Shown piece by piece: positions 40,526 through 49,659 of a DNA stretch of 64,000 nucleotides. Origin of the DNA: Escherichia phage Bp7; sequence record NC_019500.1. One strand, 5' to 3'. The position numbers and the translations under genes were made by a program. The notes under the pieces were generated by a model. That model saw only the letters and a list, made by a program, of their open reading frames with translations. It was not told the origin of the DNA and made no database searches. The number at the start of each line of letters is the position of its first letter. The first letter of the stretch is position 1.

Positions 40526-41067
40526 AAGCAAGCACATACCTTCAGATTGCATATCTGATTTCTCAGGAATCAAAATGTTGTTCATGGAAAGTGGGCGCGG
40601 TTATTGAAAAGAATGGCCGCATTATTTCTACAGGGTATAACGGTTCACCATCCGGTGGTGTTAACTGTTGTGACCACGCTGTGGAACAAGACTGGACCCG
40701 TGTTGTGTATGACCCAGCGCGGATGTCGCACAAATCCGTTCTTCTTAAAGAACACCGTATGGCTCATGCAGCATGGTCATCCAAAAATGAAATCCATGCT
40801 GAACTGAATGCCATTTTGTTTGCAGCTCGTACCGGAAGTTCTATTGACGGCGCTACGATGTACGTGACGTTATCTCCATGTGCAGATTGTGCTAAGTCTA
40901 TTGCGCAGTCTGGAATTAAAACATTGGTTTATGCTGAGCTATATGACCGAAATCCTGAAGGATGGGACGATATCCTCCGTGAATCAGGCATAGAAGTTAT
41001 CCAGTATAATCGTACAGGTCTCCGTTCTCTGAACTGGGAATCAATTCAAAACTATTGTGGTGAATAA
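40522..41067 (+). CDS. cd: dCMP deaminase
   Basis: 181 aa; zinc-binding deaminase motifs HAE...NAI and SPCADCAK; characteristic ISTGYNGSPSG. Confidence 0.85.
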   Translation: MKASTYLQIAYLISQESKCCSWKVGAVIEKNGRIISTGYNGSPSGGVNCCDHAVEQDWTRVVYDPARMSHKSVLLKEHRMAHAAWSSKNEIHAELNAILFAARTGSSIDGATMYVTLSPCADCAKSIAQSGIKTLVYAELYDRNPEGWDDILRESGIEVIQYNRTGLRSLNWESIQNYCGE

Positions 41068-41339
41068 TGAAATTTCGTCTAGTTAAATTTTCAGGTCTGA
41101 ACTCAAAAGGTGAAAGCTTAGTAGCCTATTCAGTAGAATATAAAAAGTACTTTTTCTCTCGATGGAAATCGTACTATAAATCTGATTGGGTTTATGCCAA
41201 CATGAATTACAAAACAGTACCTATTCTTGATAATTGCCATAGCCTATTAAGAGCTCTAAAAGAGCGTAACGCAACCACTATCAAAACTATCTGGAATAAT
41301 TATGATTTTAACCGAACAAGAAACAATTCGTCTCCGTGA
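41067..41339 (+). CDS. hypothetical protein (90 aa)
   Basis: ATGA overlap with cd. Confidence 0.4.
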   Translation: MKFRLVKFSGLNSKGESLVAYSVEYKKYFFSRWKSYYKSDWVYANMNYKTVPILDNCHSLLRALKERNATTIKTIWNNYDFNRTRNNSSP

Positions 41340-41601
41340 AAAAGTCAAGACTATTTTGTCTGTGGGTACTCACGAAGTCCTGTTTGAAAAGGCCGACGGT
41401 AGTGCACGTCGTATGACTTGTACACGTGACTTAGACCTGCTTCCATATAAAGAAGTCCAGGCCCCTGGGCCTGAAGCCAATAAAGAACCTGTTAATTATA
41501 TCAGAGTATTTGATACCAAGGTTAATGAATGGCGTTCATTCCGTTTCGATAAGCTGATTTCCGTTAATGGGCTTCAGACTGAAACTCTGCTTGTCATGTA
41601 A
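41302..41601 (+). CDS. hypothetical protein (99 aa)
   Basis: ORF between cd and gene 31. Confidence 0.45.
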   Translation: MILTEQETIRLREKVKTILSVGTHEVLFEKADGSARRMTCTRDLDLLPYKEVQAPGPEANKEPVNYIRVFDTKVNEWRSFRFDKLISVNGLQTETLLVM

Positions 41602-41628
41602 TATGCTTTAAGAATAGCGTGTTATTAT
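41602..41628 (+). promoter_or_regulatory. candidate MotA-dependent middle promoter for gene 31
   Basis: MotA box TGCTTTA 41604-41610, -10 TATTAT 41623-41628 at 12-bp spacing. Confidence 0.45.
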
Positions 41629-41659
41629 TAATCTATCAACAAAACAATATGGATTAAAT

Positions 41660-41983
41660 ATGGAACTTCCTATTAAAGCGGTCGGAGAATATGTTATTCT
41701 CGTTTCCGAACCAAAACAAGCTGGTGATGAAGAAACTACTGCATCTGGTATCGTTATTGGCAAACTTCATCAAGGTGAAATCCCTGAACTTTGTGAAATT
41801 TATTCTGTAGGACCTGATGTCCCTGAAGATTTTTGTGAAGTAGGCGATTTGACTCCACTTCCTGTTGGTAAGATTGCTAACGTGCCTCATCCTTTGGTTG
41901 CATTGGGTATTAAACAACCTAAAGAAATTAAACAAAAATTCGTTACCTGTCACTATAAAGCTATTCCTTGTCTTTATAAGTGA
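41660..41983 (+). CDS. 31: gp31 co-chaperonin (GroES analogue)
   Basis: 107 aa; [21 protein letters not shown]...[21 protein letters not shown]-terminal [23 protein letters not shown] as in T4 gp31. Confidence 0.9.
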   Translation: MELPIKAVGEYVILVSEPKQAGDEETTASGIVIGKLHQGEIPELCEIYSVGPDVPEDFCEVGDLTPLPVGKIANVPHPLVALGIKQPKEIKQKFVTCHYKAIPCLYK

Positions 41984-42129
41984 TATAAATAATAATATGG
42001 ATTGGCTGCCGGACTAGTTAGTTAACCGGAGAATCCTAAGCGGTGGACTACAACTGAGAGACTTGCCGAAAGGAAGTGAAATTCAGAAGAACGTGTCCAC
42101 CAATCTTTATCTCGAATTGAGAAACTAAA

Positions 42130-42378
42130 ATGAACAAACAATTGAATCACGCTCTTGAACTGCAACGCAACGCTTGGAACAACGGTCACGAAAACTACGG
42201 CGCATCTATTGATGTTGAAGCCGAAGCACTGGAAATCCTGCGTTATTTCAAACATCTGAATCCTGCTCAGGCTACTCTGGCTGCTGAACTGGAAGCTAAA
42301 GATGAACTGAAATTTGCTAAGCCTTTGGCTTCAGCAGCTCGTAAAGCAGTACGTCATTTTATTATTACCCTGAAGTAA
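42130..42378 (+). CDS. rIII: rIII lysis-inhibition accessory protein
   Basis: 82 aa (same as T4 rIII), immediately downstream of gene 31. Confidence 0.8.
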   Translation: MNKQLNHALELQRNAWNNGHENYGASIDVEAEALEILRYFKHLNPAQATLAAELEAKDELKFAKPLASAARKAVRHFIITLK

Positions 42379-42642
42379 ATTAAATCGAGGAGCCGTCGAA
42401 CTGTTTGATTAATGATTTGCGAATCATTATAGTTTTAAGACCCCAACAGTTTTACGGTGTACCTCTTGAATGTATTTTGTACTATCACGCGTCAGAAAAA
42501 GGTTATCTGTCTAAGCCGTGGTCGGTATGATGACGAGGTTTATGGTTATCCTGTCGTTAAATATCCGAAACCTATGTTCCCCTTGAGGGCTTGCGCAGGC
42601 AACGCCAATAAGTCCTGCATCCTAATTTAAGAGATTTAAAAA

Positions 42643-42804
42643 TGGCTAAGAAAGAAGTTAAAGTAGTTGACGGTACCTCTAAACGCGCTGGTTACAAGCG
42701 TGCGTCCAACAAGCGTATCAATCAGGTAGTTGATAAGCTTCAAGCTCGTGCTCGTGCAGTATTGCGTGCAGATGCTGCTTGCTTTGGTAAGCCTCAGGCA
42801 TAAG
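42643..42804 (+). CDS. small basic protein (53 aa)
   Basis: ATG 42643 after aagagatttaaaa; followed directly by a strong terminator. Confidence 0.35.
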
Positions 42805-42808
42805 TTAT

Positions 42809-42833
42809 GGGACTCTTCGGAGTCCCATTTTTG
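42809..42833 (+). terminator. rho-independent terminator (GGGACUC-UUCG-GAGUCCC then T-run)
   Basis: perfect 7-bp stem, UUCG loop, TTTTTG. Confidence 0.65.
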
Positions 42834-42854
42834 TTTCTAAATCTTTAAAAAAGG

Positions 42855-42883
42855 GTGTACATCTCCGGTAGGCATGATACTAT
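42855..42883 (+). promoter_or_regulatory. T4-type early promoter (-35 GTGTAC, -10 TACTAT) followed by duplicated 45-nt leader
   Basis: GTGTAC 42855-42860, TACTAT 42878-42883. Confidence 0.5.
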
Positions 42884-42924
42884 AGACATGTACCAAATAA
42901 TACGAAAACAAACTGGAGAATAAA

Positions 42925-43257
42925 ATGAAAACTGTAAATCTGAATGCATCTGTTAAAGCTAAATGTTTCAACGGTGAATATCAAGAAACCATGTGGGTCC
43001 TGACTGCAGTTGAAGGTGATATCATCGAAGTTGAAACAACTGAAGGTATGGGTACTGATTTTACATTCACCATCGAGCTTCACAACTTCTTTACAGGTTG
43101 GATTTATGAACTGAAAACTGTAATTACTGGTCGTATTGAAGAAAACAAAAATGGTGAATTCTATTATGTTAATGCCCGTACACGTGCTGAACGTCTGATT
43201 GCTCAGATGAAAAAAGTTGGTAAACTTGATATGAAAAATTGGAATGTTGTGAAATAA
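42925..43257 (+). CDS. hypothetical protein (110 aa)
   Basis: ATG after SD ggagaa in duplicated leader. Confidence 0.5.
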   Translation: MKTVNLNASVKAKCFNGEYQETMWVLTAVEGDIIEVETTEGMGTDFTFTIELHNFFTGWIYELKTVITGRIEENKNGEFYYVNARTRAERLIAQMKKVGKLDMKNWNVVK

Positions 43258-43260
43258 ATG

Positions 43261-43300
43261 TTTTACTTTGGTACAGGTTGTGTTATTATAGACCTGTACC
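43261..43300 (+). promoter_or_regulatory. PeSL-like early promoter with 8-bp perfect inverted repeat ggtacagg/cctgtacc around the -10
   Basis: -35 TTTTAC 43261-43266, -10 TATTAT 43284-43289; arms 43270-43277 and 43293-43300. Confidence 0.5.
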
Positions 43301-43330
43301 AAATAATACGAAAACAAACTGGAGAATAAA

Positions 43331-43696
43331 ATGAACTACATCAACTTCGAACGTAAATATGTTTCTAACGGTATCGCTGGTTCTTCTGAAGTTATTTGCC
43401 TGTGGAAACACAACAACGGCGCGGTGTGCGAAATCGAACAGTGCATGACTCCTAACTACGTTTATATGCGCTTTGAAAATGGTATTACGGTTTCAATCAC
43501 AATGGAAGGTTCTACTTTTAAAATCGCTTTAGATGATGATTTCCGTCAACGTGATTTAGGTACCCATCCTTGCTGGAACGGTTCTAATCGTAAGCTTCTG
43601 GTTAAAACCTGGATTCGTCACATCCTGAGCAACCGAGCTAAACCTGAACACCTGGAAGCAATCTTTGATGTAGTTCTGAATGAATTCGATATCTAA
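43331..43696 (+). CDS. hypothetical protein (121 aa)
   Basis: ATG after second copy of the duplicated leader. Confidence 0.5.
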   Translation: MNYINFERKYVSNGIAGSSEVICLWKHNNGAVCEIEQCMTPNYVYMRFENGITVSITMEGSTFKIALDDDFRQRDLGTHPCWNGSNRKLLVKTWIRHILSNRAKPEHLEAIFDVVLNEFDI

Positions 43697-43737
43697 TCTT
43701 AAAAATGGAGGCTTCGGCCTCCTTTGAGGAAAATATT

Positions 43738-44025
43738 ATGTTTATGACCACTTATTTTGATACTCGTAAAAATTTCTGTGAAGTTGTTTTCTCTAAAGCA
43801 GGTAAAGATGTTCCTGCCGACAAACAACCTACTCGTGAATCTATTAAGGCTTATGCCGATGTTGTATGCCCGGTAGAATTCCGTACTGTTAATGGTCGTG
43901 ATACCCTAGCAATCACTAAGCTAAACCATGATATCAATATCGACCCAAGTGTCGCCCGTGAAGTCAATACCTCTGACATCTATGGTGGTAATGTTAAATC
44001 ACATGGCTTTCAGATGAGGTTCTAA
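43738..44025 (+). CDS. hypothetical protein (95 aa)
   Basis: ATG 43738 after SD gagga; the 43705 ATG lies in the upstream hairpin and is rejected. Confidence 0.45.
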   Translation: MFMTTYFDTRKNFCEVVFSKAGKDVPADKQPTRESIKAYADVVCPVEFRTVNGRDTLAITKLNHDINIDPSVAREVNTSDIYGGNVKSHGFQMRF

Positions 44026-44219
44026 TGCAACTATTCTTATCACAAACTGTTCAGCTAAAAGGTGTAGGTATTCCTGGAATGATTTCAAAGGTTCTACCTG
44101 CTTTTAAATTAGGTAATGTTACTATTAAAGAAGCCTACACCGTCCTATGGGTCGATGGAACTGAAGATGTTCGCATGGGTGGTGAACTGTCTGTAATCAA
44201 ATGTTTAAAGCGAGGATAA
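44025..44219 (+). CDS. hypothetical small protein (64 aa)
   Basis: ATGA overlap with upstream ORF. Confidence 0.4.
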   Translation: MQLFLSQTVQLKGVGIPGMISKVLPAFKLGNVTIKEAYTVLWVDGTEDVRMGGELSVIKCLKRG

Positions 44220-44220
44220 T

Positions 44221-44436
44221 ATGGTTAAGAAATTGATTCAGAAATTATTAGGTACGGAAATGGTCGAAGTGACTTATCGTGTGACTGATGTTTCTCCTCA
44301 TACGGCAGACCATTTAGAACCTTATATCATGACAATTAAAATGGCCAAATATGACGGTGGTTTATCCATTGAAGACCGTCTGCCAGGTTACGGGCATTGG
44401 GCTGATGTCGAAATTATAAGTGTCAAAGATGTCTGA
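44221..44436 (+). CDS. hypothetical small protein (71 aa)
   Basis: tightly packed between neighbours. Confidence 0.4.
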   Translation: MVKKLIQKLLGTEMVEVTYRVTDVSPHTADHLEPYIMTIKMAKYDGGLSIEDRLPGYGHWADVEIISVKDV

Positions 44437-44887
44437 GTTAGAAATCAGAAGTAATTTTCCGTGGCCATCGTGTGCATTAAGTAACTTTGCTAAATGGCCT
44501 TTCGTTATGGATGGTATCCAATTTGGAGGGCTCGAAGGATTCCTCCAAGGGTGTAAGGTGAGAAATCATGAACAACAAAAACGTATATTTGGGATGTCCG
44601 GTCTGGCCGCACAACAAACTGGAAGAGCTTATGCAAGAGCTGCGGACCGTGGGACGCTTTTCTGGCTTGGAATTCCCTTTTCAAGATACTCTACATCATG
44701 GAAAGAGTTGTATACAAATGCATATTTTGAAGCAGCGCTCCAAAACAAAGGATTCCGCGACGCATTACAAGCTACAAAGGGCAAAGTTTTAAAGCATTCG
44801 ATGGCGAGCCACCTTACAGAATGTGATACAATACTAACTGAAAAAGAGTTTATCGACATCCTAAACAAATTGAGAGATTTATTATGA
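44420..44887 (+). CDS. YbiA/NADAR-like (DUF1768-type) protein, putative N-glycosidase / ADP-ribose-processing enzyme
   Basis: N-terminal core SNFAKWPFVMDGIQFGGLEGFLQGCK resembles the YbiA/NADAR signature (SNF..WP...DG......EHYFQ..K); call is from memory of the family. Confidence 0.5.
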   Translation: MSKMSELEIRSNFPWPSCALSNFAKWPFVMDGIQFGGLEGFLQGCKVRNHEQQKRIFGMSGLAAQQTGRAYARAADRGTLFWLGIPFSRYSTSWKELYTNAYFEAALQNKGFRDALQATKGKVLKHSMASHLTECDTILTEKEFIDILNKLRDLL

Positions 44888-45522
44888 AACCAGTTATCTT
44901 AACAGATATCGATGGAGTATGTTTAAGTTGGCAGTCCGGCTTGCCTTATTTCGCACAGAAATATAATTTGCCTTTAGAACATATTTTGAATATGATTCAG
45001 GACGAACGTTTCTTATCTCCTGGTGAGCTGTTTAATTGTGATAATGAATTAGGCGCTCGTTTAATCGAGAAGTACAATCAGTCAGATTTTATTCGTTATC
45101 TGTCTCCTTACATGGACGCATTAAAACATATCAACAAGCTCAAAAAAGACTTCGATTTTGTAGCCGTGACTGCGCTAGGCGACTCAATTGATGCACTGCT
45201 GAATAGACAATTCAATTTGAATGCTTTGTTCCCTGGCGCATTCAAGGAGATTCTGATGTGTGGTCATTCAGAATCAAAAGAAGACCTCTTCATAAGAGCT
45301 AAAAATACGTACGGTAAACGTATTAAGTTTTATGTTGATGATTTGGCTCACCACTGTGATGCTGCATCTAATGTTCTCATGGATATCCAAGTTTATTGGT
45401 TAGCTCGTGGTGAACGTGACTTTAAACCTAATTTAGCCGTAAAGGTTAATTCATGGGACGATATCGCAGCAATCGAATCCCTTCGTAATAATGCCGCAGT
45501 TGAATGGATTGCTCGAGGTTAA
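44884..45522 (+). CDS. HAD-superfamily hydrolase (putative nucleotidase/phosphatase)
   Basis: N-terminal HAD motif I ILTDIDGV; later FYVDDLAHH consistent with HAD motif III/IV; ATGA overlap with the NADAR-like ORF. Confidence 0.55.
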   Translation: MKPVILTDIDGVCLSWQSGLPYFAQKYNLPLEHILNMIQDERFLSPGELFNCDNELGARLIEKYNQSDFIRYLSPYMDALKHINKLKKDFDFVAVTALGDSIDALLNRQFNLNALFPGAFKEILMCGHSESKEDLFIRAKNTYGKRIKFYVDDLAHHCDAASNVLMDIQVYWLARGERDFKPNLAVKVNSWDDIAAIESLRNNAAVEWIARG

Positions 45523-45523
45523 T

Positions 45524-45802
45524 ATGTTTGTAGTTCATACAATTTCAGACTATGGTCCTACCACTACAATGGATTATGGTCATGTAAACCAGTTTATTCG
45601 TCATGTGAATCATGATTACTCATTTGATGTAAATCCGGCTAAAGACCATCCTGTTTGGCGCGAATGCGTCGAACAGGGATTCATTTATGTCCACTTTATG
45701 TCCAAGTTCAAATCTGATGGGCGAATGAGATTTGTGTTCTCTTATCATAAGCGATTAGACTTGCTTTTGGCTGATGTGGCTTATAATAGAATCCATGACT
45801 AA
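45524..45802 (+). CDS. hypothetical protein (92 aa)
   Basis: ATG 45524 in frame with ORF 45491..45802. Confidence 0.4.
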   Translation: MFVVHTISDYGPTTTMDYGHVNQFIRHVNHDYSFDVNPAKDHPVWRECVEQGFIYVHFMSKFKSDGRMRFVFSYHKRLDLLLADVAYNRIHD

Positions 45803-45812
45803 TGAGGTGATT

Positions 45813-47336
45813 ATGATTTTAGATATTTTAAACGAAATTGCTGCTATTGATTCTACTAAAGCTAAAGAAGCCATTATTGCTCGTGAAAAGGACAATGAGC
45901 TTCTGAAACGTGTTTATCGTATGGCTTATACCCGTCGTCTGAACTACGGTATTAAAAAGTGGCCAGAACCTGGATTTACATCTCAATCCTTTGGTATGAT
46001 TACTCTTGAAGACCTTCTTGATTTCGCTGAATTCACATTAGCCACACGTAAGATTACGGGTAATGCGGCTATTGAAGAACTGGCTCAAATCATTGCTGAT
46101 GCTAAGGCCCCGGATGCCGAGGTATTACGTCGTGTAATGATGCGCGACCTTGAATGTGGTGCATCGATTTCTATTGCTAACAAGGTTTGGAAAGGTTTAA
46201 TCCCTGAACAACCGCAGATGTTGGCGAGTTCTTATGATGAAGCTTTGATTAAGAAAAATATTAAATGGCCAGCGTTTGCTCAATTAAAAGCTGATGGCGC
46301 TCGTTGTTTTGCTGAAGTTCGTAACGATGGTGTGACATTCCTTACTCGTGGTGGTAATGAATATCAAGGGCTTAATCTTTTGGCGGCTGAATTAATGGCC
46401 ATGACCGAAGAAGCTCGCCAGCGCCATCCTAATGGTGTTATGATTGACGGTGAATTAGTTTACCATACTCCTAAGGTAGAACCTAAAGCATCTAATGATT
46501 TGTTTAGTATGTTTGATGAGGAACTTCCTGAATTAAGTAAGGCTAAGGAATTCCAAACTGTCGCCGATCGTTCTACGTCAAATGGATTGGCTAATAAGGC
46601 TCTTCAAGGAACTATTACTCCAGCCGAAGCAGCCGGTATGGTATTACAGGCGTGGGATTATGTCCCATTGGATGTCGTATATTCCGAAGGTAAAATTAAA
46701 GGCGATAAGTATGATGTACGCTTTACAGCCTTAGAACTTATGGTTGCTCATAATGTCGTATTGCATGGTGCAACGCGTGTTGAAGCTATCGAAAACCAGT
46801 GGGTTAATAATCTTGAAGAAGCTAAAGTTGTTTATAAGAAATATGTCGACCAGGGCCTGGAAGGCATTATCCTTAAGAACATGGACTCCTACTGGGAAAA
46901 CCGCCGTTCTAAGAATCTTATCAAGTTCAAAGAAGTAATCGATATTGCTTTAGAAGTGGTAGGTTATTATGAACACTCGAAGGACCCTAACAAACTTGGT
47001 GGTGTCGAGTTGGTATCGCGTTGTCGTCGAATTACAAGTGACTGCGGTTCAGGCTTTAAAGATACCACCCATAAGAAAGATAAATCAGGTAAAAAGGTAT
47101 TAATTCCATTGGAAGACCGTCCTGATTTAGACCGTGAACTTCTTATGAAACAAGCTCGTGAAGGTAAGTTGATTGGACGTATTGCTGACTGTGAATGTAA
47201 TGGTTGGGTTCATTCTAAAGGACGTACTGATACTGTAGGTATTTTCCTTCCAATCATTAAAGGTTGGCGTTTCGATAAAACAGAAGCTGATACATTTGAA
47301 GATGTATTCGGTGATTGGTCTCAAACTGGTCTATAA
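45813..47336 (+). CDS. 30: ATP-dependent DNA ligase
   Basis: about 507 aa from ATG 45813 (SD gaggtga); adenylation motif KADGARC, EGIILKN, KFKEVIDI, C-terminal FEDVFGDW; close to T4 gp30. Confidence 0.9.
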   Translation: MILDILNEIAAIDSTKAKEAIIAREKDNELLKRVYRMAYTRRLNYGIKKWPEPGFTSQSFGMITLEDLLDFAEFTLATRKITGNAAIEELAQIIADAKAPDAEVLRRVMMRDLECGASISIANKVWKGLIPEQPQMLASSYDEALIKKNIKWPAFAQLKADGARCFAEVRNDGVTFLTRGGNEYQGLNLLAAELMAMTEEARQRHPNGVMIDGELVYHTPKVEPKASNDLFSMFDEELPELSKAKEFQTVADRSTSNGLANKALQGTITPAEAAGMVLQAWDYVPLDVVYSEGKIKGDKYDVRFTALELMVAHNVVLHGATRVEAIENQWVNNLEEAKVVYKKYVDQGLEGIILKNMDSYWENRRSKNLIKFKEVIDIALEVVGYYEHSKDPNKLGGVELVSRCRRITSDCGSGFKDTTHKKDKSGKKVLIPLEDRPDLDRELLMKQAREGKLIGRIADCECNGWVHSKGRTDTVGIFLPIIKGWRFDKTEADTFEDVFGDWSQTGL

Positions 47337-47337
47337 T

Positions 47338-47520
47338 ATGAAAGCTTATTTAGAAACCGTGGTTATTGGATATAAAGAAGGTGGGGATGTCTCCACTGCA
47401 GTGTCCCAAATTGTCCTTGAATTTGAAAATGAAATCGCGTTCGCTGATTTTAAAGATAATTTCGACCGCTATGAAAAGGGTCCTAAATTTGAAGTGTACC
47501 GTACGCTGTTAGTACTTTAA
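47338..47520 (+). CDS. hypothetical small protein (60 aa)
   Basis: ATG 47338 overlapping ligase stop; followed by terminator. Confidence 0.35.
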   Translation: MKAYLETVVIGYKEGGDVSTAVSQIVLEFENEIAFADFKDNFDRYEKGPKFEVYRTLLVL

Positions 47521-47523
47521 TAA

Positions 47524-47540
47524 AGGCCTTCGGGCCTTTT
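47524..47540 (+). terminator. rho-independent terminator (AGGCC-UUCG-GGCCU then TTTT)
   Basis: UUCG-loop hairpin plus T-run. Confidence 0.6.
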
Positions 47541-47574
47541 CTGGCATAAATAAGGTTATTAAAGAGGAATTATT

Positions 47575-49659
47575 ATGACCGAACAATTAAATGAAGTGTT
47601 TGAGTCCGAAGGCACACTGCCTACAGTAAACTTGAACCCAAAACTTAAAGTACCCCAGATTTGGAAGATTGGTGACGCAGAATCCCAATTAGTGGCGCGT
47701 ATGGTATCCTACGCTTCTGAAGGTGATGCTATTAAACAGGTTAAGATGGGTGATAAATATGCCCACGTTATCCTTATGAGCCTTTCAGCTAAAGGTTCGC
47801 CTGCCGAACTTAAAGGTGGCCTAGGCCCTACTCCCGTAGATGCGATTAATACTATTTTTGATGTGGTTTATGACCAAGTTAAAAAGCTTCGTATGGATGC
47901 CGTGATGTTCCGTTTCCCTACTAAGAAAATGAAAGGTCAAGGCCCTATCGTTCAACGGATTATCCAACGTTTGGTAGCACAGAAAACAGGTGGACGTTTT
48001 AAAGTAGTTCCGGCTATGTACCAATTTACCGGTAAACATACTTATATCCTAGTAGTTCGTAAACAGGCTGATATCGAAGATATCAAAGGTATGCCAGGAA
48101 TTAATGCCGAATTATACACTAAGGTAGATTCTGATGTCGGTGAAGTTTATATTTCTAAAAAAGAAGGCGTGCAGGTTACTAAAGAAACTGCTATTGCCGG
48201 CAGTATTGCTAAAGTTGAAGAACGTCGCACTGATAAAATGGTTATAACCAAGACTAAGATTTCTCGTCGTGCCATTGCAGCAAGTCAATCGTTAGAATCT
48301 TATCGTAATGAAAGTGAACTGTTTAAGAAATATGAAGCAAATGCCGTAGATTTTAATAAACCTGCAACAGCTCCATTAATCCCTGAGGCCCAGGAAATGG
48401 TTACTAATAACAATTCTCCCGCGGCTAAAAATAAGGTTGCTAATATAGTAGCTGAAGGTACTGCTGAAGAATTGCATTATGATTATAAAATGTTTCCTCT
48501 TCACGGTATAGGTGAAATCCAAGAGAAAATTAAAGATAAAATTCTTGCGGCCATCAAAAACGAACCTTTGACATCTGTTAAAGCTCTAGAAAAATATGCC
48601 TCTGCTATTAATACCGTTTTCGAAGAATACAAAGGTGAATGGCTGGCCCGGCATAACAAAACTCGTAAAGGCCAACCTGACGACCTCTGGAATGAATTGA
48701 CCGATGCGAAGTGGAAAGCCGCCAAGACCAAGTTCATTAAAAAACGTGTATATAGTTTTGCCGGTGTAGGTGGCGGTATTATGGTCGATATTACTATTGC
48801 TCGTGAGGGCTCTAAATATACCCCATCACAAAAGCGCGGCATCAGAGAATATTGTGGCTCAGGATATACAGACATAAATAATCTTCTTTTAGGACGCTAT
48901 AACCCTCAGAACTATGAGGTTATGGGCGAAAAAGATATCGAATCTGCAGTTAATAATTTGGATTCTGCTTTTGAAAATGGCGACCGTATACCAGAAGGCA
49001 TCACAGTTTATCGTGCACAGAGTATGACTGCTCCTATATACGAAGCACTAGTTAAAAATAAAGTGTTCTATTTCAGAAATTTTGTATCCACTTCATTGAC
49101 TCCTATCATTTTTGGACGTTTTGGTGTTACACACGCCGGTATCGGTCTTTTAGAACCGGAAGTTCGCGATGAATTGACAGTCGATAAAAATGAAGAAGGA
49201 ATAACTATTAATCCTAATGAAATAAGAGCATATAAAGAAAATCCTGATTATGTTAAAGTTCAAATAGGATGGGCTATTGATGGGGCTCATAAAGTTAATG
49301 TCGTATATCCAGGAAATCTCGGAATAGAAACTGAAGCCGAAGTTATTCTACCGCGTGGATTAATGGTCAAAGTTAATAAAATAACAGATGCTTCTAATAA
49401 TGATGGAACAACATCTAGTAATACAAAACTCATCCAAGCTGAAGTTATGACAACAGATGAGCTTCAAGAATCTGTGGTATATGATGGTGACGTACTAATG
49501 GAAACCGGCGAGTTGGTCGTATATAAAGATGACTTCGATACTTCCGAAAGCCCTGTATCTTTTGATTCATTTGTTAAATCTACACGGTTTGATGTATTGC
49601 CTCTTTTGGCTTCATGCATAGACCTCTATGACATCCCAGAAAAATTCATCCAAGGGTAA
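47575..49659 (+). CDS. alt: Alt-like ADP-ribosyltransferase, paralog 1
   Basis: 694 aa (T4 Alt 682 aa); C-terminal R-S-E ART motifs (KRGIREY, FVSTSL, ETEAEVILPRG); N-terminal region shared with paralog 2. Confidence 0.8.
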   Translation: MTEQLNEVFESEGTLPTVNLNPKLKVPQIWKIGDAESQLVARMVSYASEGDAIKQVKMGDKYAHVILMSLSAKGSPAELKGGLGPTPVDAINTIFDVVYDQVKKLRMDAVMFRFPTKKMKGQGPIVQRIIQRLVAQKTGGRFKVVPAMYQFTGKHTYILVVRKQADIEDIKGMPGINAELYTKVDSDVGEVYISKKEGVQVTKETAIAGSIAKVEERRTDKMVITKTKISRRAIAASQSLESYRNESELFKKYEANAVDFNKPATAPLIPEAQEMVTNNNSPAAKNKVANIVAEGTAEELHYDYKMFPLHGIGEIQEKIKDKILAAIKNEPLTSVKALEKYASAINTVFEEYKGEWLARHNKTRKGQPDDLWNELTDAKWKAAKTKFIKKRVYSFAGVGGGIMVDITIAREGSKYTPSQKRGIREYCGSGYTDINNLLLGRYNPQNYEVMGEKDIESAVNNLDSAFENGDRIPEGITVYRAQSMTAPIYEALVKNKVFYFRNFVSTSLTPIIFGRFGVTHAGIGLLEPEVRDELTVDKNEEGITINPNEIRAYKENPDYVKVQIGWAIDGAHKVNVVYPGNLGIETEAEVILPRGLMVKVNKITDASNNDGTTSSNTKLIQAEVMTTDELQESVVYDGDVLMETGELVVYKDDFDTSESPVSFDSFVKSTRFDVLPLLASCIDLYDIPEKFIQG

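Noticed and set aside
42379-42642. Possible tRNA gene in the ORF-free segment
   Set aside because: No acceptable cloverleaf; no GTTC-type T-loop motif with matching acceptor stem could be found by eye.
43705-43737. ATG at 43705 as start of the ORF ending at 44025
   Set aside because: It lies inside the stem of a GGAGGC-UUCG-GCCUCC hairpin and lacks an SD; the ATG at 43738 has a canonical gagga SD.
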